From positions 9,114,001 to 9,178,000 of the forward strand of contig OX597824.1 in NCBI GenBank assembly GCA_951406725.2: a DNA stretch of 64,000 nucleotides, given 5' to 3'. Each line of letters starts with the position of its first letter. Position 1 is the stretch's first letter. The translations under genes were made by a program, and so were the position numbers. The notes under the pieces were generated by a model. The model did no database searches and had not been told where the DNA came from. It saw nothing but the letters and a program-made list of their open reading frames with translations. Positions 57,394 to 64,000 of this stretch are shown piece by piece. This stretch comes from Octopus vulgaris (lineage: Eukaryota).

Positions 57394-57395
<2 letters not shown>
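57091..57395 (+). mobile_element. SINE family A (headless)
   Basis: Body and tail homology. Other partial copies lie at about 9785-9950, 22085-22515 and 62711-62880. Confidence 0.8.
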
Positions 57396-57445
<50 letters not shown>

Positions 57446-57527
57446 ACACACACACATAAATGTTTAACAACGATGATGAGTGCTCAACACTTCATTGGTG
57501 GATAACATTTCTTTATTTGTCTATTAA

Positions 57528-57642
57528 GGCTACCAATGGTTTTATATCATCGAATATTATCTTTATATCTTAACAATGTGATCCGCTTGACAACTTATTA
57601 AGATACTAAATTATTTTTCTTCACATCAAACGAATGGTAGCC
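57528..57642. mobile_element. Possible MITE with TTAA flanks (Kolobok-like termini)
   Basis: TTAA|GGCTACCA...TGGTAGCC|TTAA, an imperfect 18-bp TIR. Confidence 0.35.
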
Positions 57643-59323
57643 TTAATACATATATACATACATACATACATGCATACATTCATACAAGCATACATTCATG
57701 CATATATATATATATATATATATATAAATCGGTGACAAGTTGTATATAGTAGACGCAAGTGTTTAAGTAAATCATTTTCTCGGGGCGAAATTCTAACTTA
57801 CACAACACTCAGAAATATTAGAGAAGGATTTAATTTAACTAGAAATAGTTACACATACACATACACTTGCACACATACACACACATACACACATATACAC
57901 AAATGCACATACATAGACACACGCTCACACATATATTATATACGTATATATTAGTATATATATATTCATATACATATTAAAACATACACACACACACACA
58001 TACACGAGTTGTTCTAGGCTTGAGCTATTCGACAGTAATGGCAGAAGATGTTTAAAAAACCGTACTTTGGTGCATATGTTGTTCAAAGCACCATATATGT
58101 TTGTCCTTCTGTATGTATGTATTGATGGATGGATGTACGTATGTATGTATGTATGTATGTATGTATGTATGTATATATGTATGTATGTATGAATGGATGG
58201 ATGGATGGATGTACGTATGTATGTATGTATGTATGTATGTATGTATGTATGTATGTATGTATGAATGGATGGACGGATGGATGTACGTATAACGCATGTA
58301 TGTCTTTTTATATATGTATATACATTTGTATATGTGTGCCTGTGTGTATATATGTATATATGTGTATATATATATGTACGTATGTATAAAAATGTGTCTA
58401 ATTAGAGGAGGAAAACTACTGCAAGCTATCGAGCTATCTACCATTTTAATCTAAATTATCTAACTTGCTAACTAGTTCCATTTTTTTTTGTGATTTCAAA
58501 GAATGTATTCCAGTGATTTAGTGAAGCGAAACTACATTCCAATAGATTCAAAGCAATGAGAAAGGATAGGCCAAGCATTGATCACAAAACATCATTGGGT
58601 TTTATTAGTTCTAATCTAAATAACCAATTGCAAGTATAAGCAAGCTTTGCTATTTTCGTATTTAAGTTAATTTCAAATAACATCGAATTATTGGAAAACC
58701 GAATAAAGAATTTTTCTATCTAAACATAGCGCCGGGAGTGTTATCATTCTTTCTCTCTCTCTTTTATTTATTTTTTATTATTATTTTTTTGTTGTTGTAC
58801 TTCATCTTTTATGATATTTTATGTTGTAATGCAAAAGAACAATACTTTTCTATACACTTCCCGCCATCAATATATCGATAAAGATCACCAGATTTGTTCA
58901 CATATAAAGTGAGTCGTGCTGTTGTGGTGGGTGTGCGTTACCATACCACCCATAAACATAGTTGTCTGCTTCCTTCAATAATAGATATAAAGATTACCAG
59001 GATGTGTTGGTGAATATAAGTTACTATTCTATGTACACGTATCTATGTATTTATGTATATATTTGAGATTTTTAAGGGTGGGACGACGTGTACTTTCGTC
59101 TCAAAGGTTTCATAATGAGCCAGACTATAAGAGATAAAAGCATTCCTTAGTTTCGGATGACTCTTTCAGATTTGATGAGAAAATTTCAAATCGACAGGCT
59201 TAATTAAAAAGATTATCCGATGGAGTATATAAATGTTGAAGTGTTCCTCACTATGAACAGACTGGCTACGGTATGTATTGCTGGTATGTTGATATTACCG
59301 AAGATACAAGGACATATATATAT

Positions 59324-59545
59324 TCGTTGCGCCTTGCAACCTTTTCAATAGTCAAGACTATTGAAAAGGTTGCAAGATGCAACGAAAATTTTAGGAAAAT
59401 AAAAATAAGAAAAAAGTGGAAATTTTACCGATGAGTGTGTTACATAATAAGGCACAAAAAGAAAATGACTCTCTTCAGACACAACAGGATATGCTTCAAC
59501 ACACGAAATCATATAAAGAATCTTGCAAATCAAATCCCAAAACGA
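59324..59545 (+). mobile_element. Family H4 mini-element with 5' fold-back hairpin
   Basis: Hairpin TTGCAACCTTTTCAATAGTC-aa-GACTATTGAAAAGGTTGCAA, short TA runs on both sides. Positions 1-62 are a reverse-complement homologue. Confidence 0.65.
59423..59518 (+). ncRNA. Type-I hammerhead-like motif with long stem II loop (family H4)
   Basis: TTTTA-CCGATGA-GTGTGTT..(56 nt)..AACACAC-GAAA-tca-TA-TAAAG. Confidence 0.6.
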
Positions 59546-59622
59546 AATATATATAAATTGTTTTTTCGTAATGAGATAAAAAACCAAAACTGTGTAGATT
59601 TTAGAACATTTATAGATAGAAG

Positions 59623-59670
59623 GTCTTACAGCTGTTTCTAGGATATTAATTATATCCCTTCATCGGAGAC
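59623..59670 (-). ncRNA. Minimal hammerhead-like motif, family H3 (left arm)
   Basis: Minus strand: GTCT-CCGATGA-a-GGGATAT aatta ATATCCT-a-GAAA-CAGCTG-TA-AGAC. Confidence 0.65.
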
Positions 59671-59832
59671 GGTGTGAGAGGATGGTTAAGTAATAGTTAA
59701 TTTAGATAAGATACAAAATAGTGACTAAAGTGGAGTTTCACTACATATTTTGCATCTATTTTCTTTCCTCCACCTCAATCTCTATTTTGTATCTTATCTA
59801 AATTAACTATGACTTAACCATCCTCTCACACC

Positions 59833-59884
59833 GTCTCCGATGAAGGGATATAATTAATAAATATCCTGGAAACAGCTGTAAGAC
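59833..59884 (+). ncRNA. Minimal hammerhead-like motif, family H3 (right arm)
   Basis: GTCT-CCGATGA-a-GGGATAT...ATATCCT-g-GAAA-CAGCTG-TA-AGAC, with palindromic stem III. Confidence 0.65.
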
Positions 59885-60128
59885 CTTCTATCTATAAATG
59901 TTCTAAAATGTACGCAGCATTGCTTTTTTATCTCATTAAGGAAAACAGGTAGGGTTAGGGTTAGGGTTAAGGAAAAAAAGTTTATATACACACACTGATA
60001 TATAACCTAATTTGGCAACCCTTATTCGCATAATCACCGAATCTAGAACTTAACTATTGTCTATCTATAGCACTTATTCAGCATTACCTGACACCTTTGG
60101 GTCTCAATGAGGTTATCTCTCTTAACAT

Positions 60129-60215
<87 letters not shown>

Positions 60216-60419
60216 ATGTGTGTATTGTTTATGTATATATTGTATATGTGTATATTGTATATGTATATATTATGCATATATAGAGTGTGAGAGAGATATA
60301 GGTAGATAGACAAATAGGTATATGTGTGCGTGTATGAATCTGTGTATACATATCTACATAATACGCTGACACAAGCACACTTACATACATACAGACAGAC
60401 AGACAGACAGACATACATG

Positions 60420-60457
<38 letters not shown>

Positions 60458-60653
60458 TTATTTTATAGAAGGAGCTTCTAAAGGACTAGAACTGTTTCGA
60501 GTACCTTATTTACTGTGGTTAACCCCGACTCAACCCGGGACCTACATATTGAATTTTATTTTATTTGAGAACATAATCTTTGTGGAGAATGGCGATTTGA
60601 CGTCTATATCTAGCATGTTGACTGTCCACTTTTCGTGTTCAGTCCTTAATTGG

Positions 60654-60685
<32 letters not shown>

Positions 60686-61457
60686 CATATATATACACAT
60701 CAAGAAATACCTGATACACGCAAGATACAAATGCCAGTTAATCTGACCGTCTTCCCAGGTACCGTCAAATAAGTGTCACTCGCAAATCGTTCGTACTCCT
60801 AATGCTAGTGAAGAGCACACACTCCCCAATTTACCACACGCAGACTGAACCCGGAACCAACCAGTTCTGGAGCAGTGTCCTTTCACCGCTCAGCTATCAT
60901 AACGTTACACAATCTCCGCAGTTGGTGGAGATCGGACGAGAGATAATAAAGATATAAGTTACGTAAAATACTATAAATTCAATACGTAAACACATAACGG
61001 ATATGCTATAAACTAAACGGACGTATCTTTATCGTTGTCCTTGTTGAAGCAGGAACAGAAAAATATATCAAATACATAAGCGGCCGAATGACTTTCGAAA
61101 TATATTATTGGAGACTAAAAATAATGTGAACACAATTTCAAAGACTTTACAGTAGATCAATTCTGCTTACGTTTCAGTTATAGGAATGAATAGGATTGAT
61201 AGAATAAAATCGAACGTCGAATTCTGAAGGCGGATATTTTGGTTATTTAATGTGCATATCATTATGAAAGTAAATAGGGATGAATGATATACATGTGTGT
61301 GCGTGTGTGTGTATGTGTGCGTGTATGACACAGAGAGAGAGTGTGTGTATATATATATACATATAATTAAATAAGGGTAGAAATTGATATTAGTCAATTA
61401 AAGCCAGTGGTTTAGCATATTTTAAAAAATCCGAAGATTATAAACTTTTTTACATAC

Positions 61458-61700
61458 AAAATTTTAGAGGACTGAACCACTAAAAGTGGACAGCCTTTAT
61501 GCTAAACATAGACGTCAAATCGCCATTTACCACGAAGAATGTGTTCTGAAAGAAAAATCTCAGCAAAAAAACAAAGCGTAAACATTTTGGTTTTTTTTTT
61601 TGCTGAGATTTTTCTTTGGGAACACATTCCTCGAGGTAAATGGCGATTTGACGTCTATGTTTAGCATATAGGCTGTCCACCTTTAGTGGTCAGTCCTCTA

Positions 61701-61707
<7 letters not shown>
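61458..61707. repeat. Long imperfect palindrome abutting (TA)n
   Basis: Arms of about 112 bp. A further single arm lies at about 60565-60650, and the upstream flank 61370-61440 resembles 20890-20970. Confidence 0.85.
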
Positions 61708-61767
<60 letters not shown>

Positions 61768-61860
61768 TGTGTGTGTGTGTGTAGGGAGAATTCACAAAAA
61801 AAGACAAAGACAGAAAAACAAAGAGATGTATTAGTATAATGCTCGGGAATTGAAAAAGTC

Positions 61861-61894
61861 TTTAACGTTTCGAGCCTACGCTCTTCCACAGAAA
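61861..61894 (-). ncRNA. Hammerhead-like motif, family H2 (left arm)
   Basis: Minus strand: TTT-CTGTGGA-a-GAGC gtag GCTC-GAAA-CG-TT-AAA. Confidence 0.55.
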
Positions 61895-62086
61895 AGAAAT
61901 GAGAAAGAAACAAGGAGAGAAACAGGGAGACAACAAATGTGTGTAGTGGTTAGCGATCTATCATGGCGAACACCGGACAGAAGGGTCGCACAGGAGAGCT
62001 AGGAAGAAGGGGAGATAGAAAGTACAAGAAAGTTTAGAAAGTCTCTCTCTCTATTTTATTTTCTCTCCCTGTTTATGTCTGTGTTC

Positions 62087-62121
62087 CTTCCTGTTGAAGG
62101 TCGTAGGCTCGAAACGTAAAA
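62087..62121 (+). ncRNA. Degenerate hammerhead-like motif, family H2 (right arm)
   Basis: CTGTTGA-a-GGTC gtag GCTC-GAAA-CG-TA-AAA. Stems are partly decayed. Confidence 0.45.
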
Positions 62122-63022
62122 TACTTTCTCAATTTCCAAGCGTTAAACTAATACATCTGTTTGTTGTTTACACACGCGTCTTCATCTTTTGCTTTTTTTT
62201 TGTAAATTATCACTATATGTATGTATGTGTGTATGTATGTATGTATGTATGTATATATATATATATACATATATATACATATATATACGTATATGTATAT
62301 GTGTATATATATATTTATATACACACATATATAATATATATGTATATATATATTTATATATGTATGTATAGGTATAATCATAGCTGTCTCCTTCTCTGTA
62401 CATATACATACGCACACATGAACATATACATATACAATTTCTATATATATGTACACGTTTGTGCGTTATTGTGTTCATATTATCATCTATCTGTTTTAGT
62501 AATTATCTTAAATATTCACAGAAGATTTACCTTAATAATTGCTCTATTTTGAAAAAGGTAAATGAAATTTTTATCTGATTTGCTACTTAACAATCAATAC
62601 ATGAACTAATTAACCTTTGTACCTGAAACGACTACAGAATAGCGCTCGAGTGAAGAAAATTTGTTATCTTTTATAAAGTGATTACCTGTTAAGTATACCA
62701 ATATGTATAAAGCGCAGGCGTGGCTGTGTAGTAAGAAGCTTATTTCGCAAGCCCACAGTACCAGGTTCGGTTCCAATGCGTGGCACATGTCTCAAGTGTT
62801 TTCTACTATAATGTCAAGACGAGCAAAGCTTTGTGAGTGGATTTGGTTGACGGAAACTGAAAGAAGCCCGTTATATATATATAATCGTGAGCCGAATGCC
62901 CTAACCACTAAGTCACGCGCCTTTACGTTGTGTATATATATATATATACAACGTGAAGGCATTCGGCTCACGATTATAAAGTCGTAAGTTCAATTCCCGG
63001 CGACGCGTTTTGTCGTTCAGCA

Positions 63023-63440
63023 AAACAATACACACAGAAAAATTAAGGCCAATTGGCCGGATATAGTTGTCAGAGATCATGAAGAAAAAAATGCGTACTA
63101 ATCGATGAATCAATACCAACAGATGACAACGTTTCTCCTAAAGAAATGGAGAAACATCTAGAAATAAGGTAACTCGAATGTGGAGTCTAAAAACAGAAAC
63201 AATTCCCATCACAGTAGGCACATTAAGTATGATAAAAAAATATTCAGACAAATACATAACAAACACCAAAGGATTTACAAATATATATAACATACAGAAA
63301 ATTGCACTACTAGGCACTGCACACATCCTACGCAAAACACTAGAGCATCACAGCAAACCACAGCACATACCCAAAGCACACAGACCTGCGCTCGGTAGTG
63401 ATGTGAATGCACGAGATAAAAATAAAACTACTGAATTATA
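63023..63440 (+). mobile_element. Decayed 3' fragment of a second R4/Dong-like RLE element
   Basis: IKANWPDIVVRDHEEK and MWSLKTETIPITVGTLSMIKK..IQKIALLGTAHILRKTL align with the C-terminus of ORF 8789-9382. Frameshifted. Confidence 0.8.
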
Positions 63441-63473
63441 GGAATGAGAACCCAGGTTCGAAATTTCCCTAAG

Positions 63474-63518
63474 TCACCTGATGAAGGCTGGAGGGTACAT
63501 CAGACGAAACGTTGTGTT
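63474..63518 (+). ncRNA. Minimal hammerhead-like motif, family H1 (element about 63442-63555)
   Basis: CAC-CTGATGA-a-GGCTG...CAGAC-GAAA-CG-TT-GTG. Confidence 0.65.
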
Positions 63519-64000
63519 AACAACAAACAAGATGAGGACAAATATCCGTTAAATGCAATATTGTTTGAAAGCCATTTGTCTTGTGTCATGCTTATTCTAC
63601 TTGAGGAGTACCTGAAGAGTACACATATCTGTGGAATACTCAGCCACTTTACCCACCAACATAATGACCAGTAGTTCAGTTGAACACGCAACTGAAAATG
63701 CGTGTCGTCAAAAGCGACGGAGGTCCCTTCATTAATCTCCCAGAGATTCGTTTACAATTAAAGTTATAGCGTTGATTGTTGAAAGTAATGTATCCATTAC
63801 TCCCTCGTGTATAAGTACGTATATGTGTGTGTTTGTATACGCATATCTATACACACATATATATGTGTACGTTTTTTTACATTTTACTTGTTTCAGTCAT
63901 TAGATTGCGGCCATACTGGGGCTCAGTTTTACGCTTATACAAATATATATATATATATATGCATACATATATACATACATACATACAGATATAGATACAC

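Larger units (their letters stand above)
59550..60128 (+). mobile_element. Family H3 fold-back mini-element
   Basis: Inverted arms about 59570-59721 and 59782-59937, each with a hammerhead-like motif. Ends at (TA)n. Confidence 0.8.
61784..62215. mobile_element. Family H2 inverted pair between microsatellites
   Basis: 61784-61930 (-) and 62060-62215 (+) are diverged inverted copies. Related sequence lies at 23800-23980 and 25395-25458. Confidence 0.7.

Overview
AT-rich eukaryotic (animal) genomic DNA, intergenic or intronic, with no host exon that I can call confidently. The microsatellite load and the tRNA-derived SINE families point to an octopus or other coleoid cephalopod (inference). The only long real ORF (4676-6754) is a Neptune-type Penelope-like retroelement (RT + GIY-YIG) inserted in (TA)n, with an inverted copy of its own 3' end at its 5' end. 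The rest is TE debris: two R4/Dong-type RLE fragments, three RTE fragments, decayed CR1/L2-like LINEs, a DD37D/maT-like transposase relic, a non-autonomous Helitron, about 30 SINE copies and a tRNA-iMet pseudogene. The main hidden signal is about 16 minimal type-I hammerhead-ribozyme-like motifs from several families, roughly one per 4 kb. Many lie in short non-coding fold-back mini-elements beside microsatellites, with the same architecture as the Penelope copy. This suggests a non-autonomous ribozyme-bearing element system mobilised by Penelope. All motifs were read by eye and none is experimentally or computationally confirmed. Most short ORFs in the track are microsatellite artefacts.
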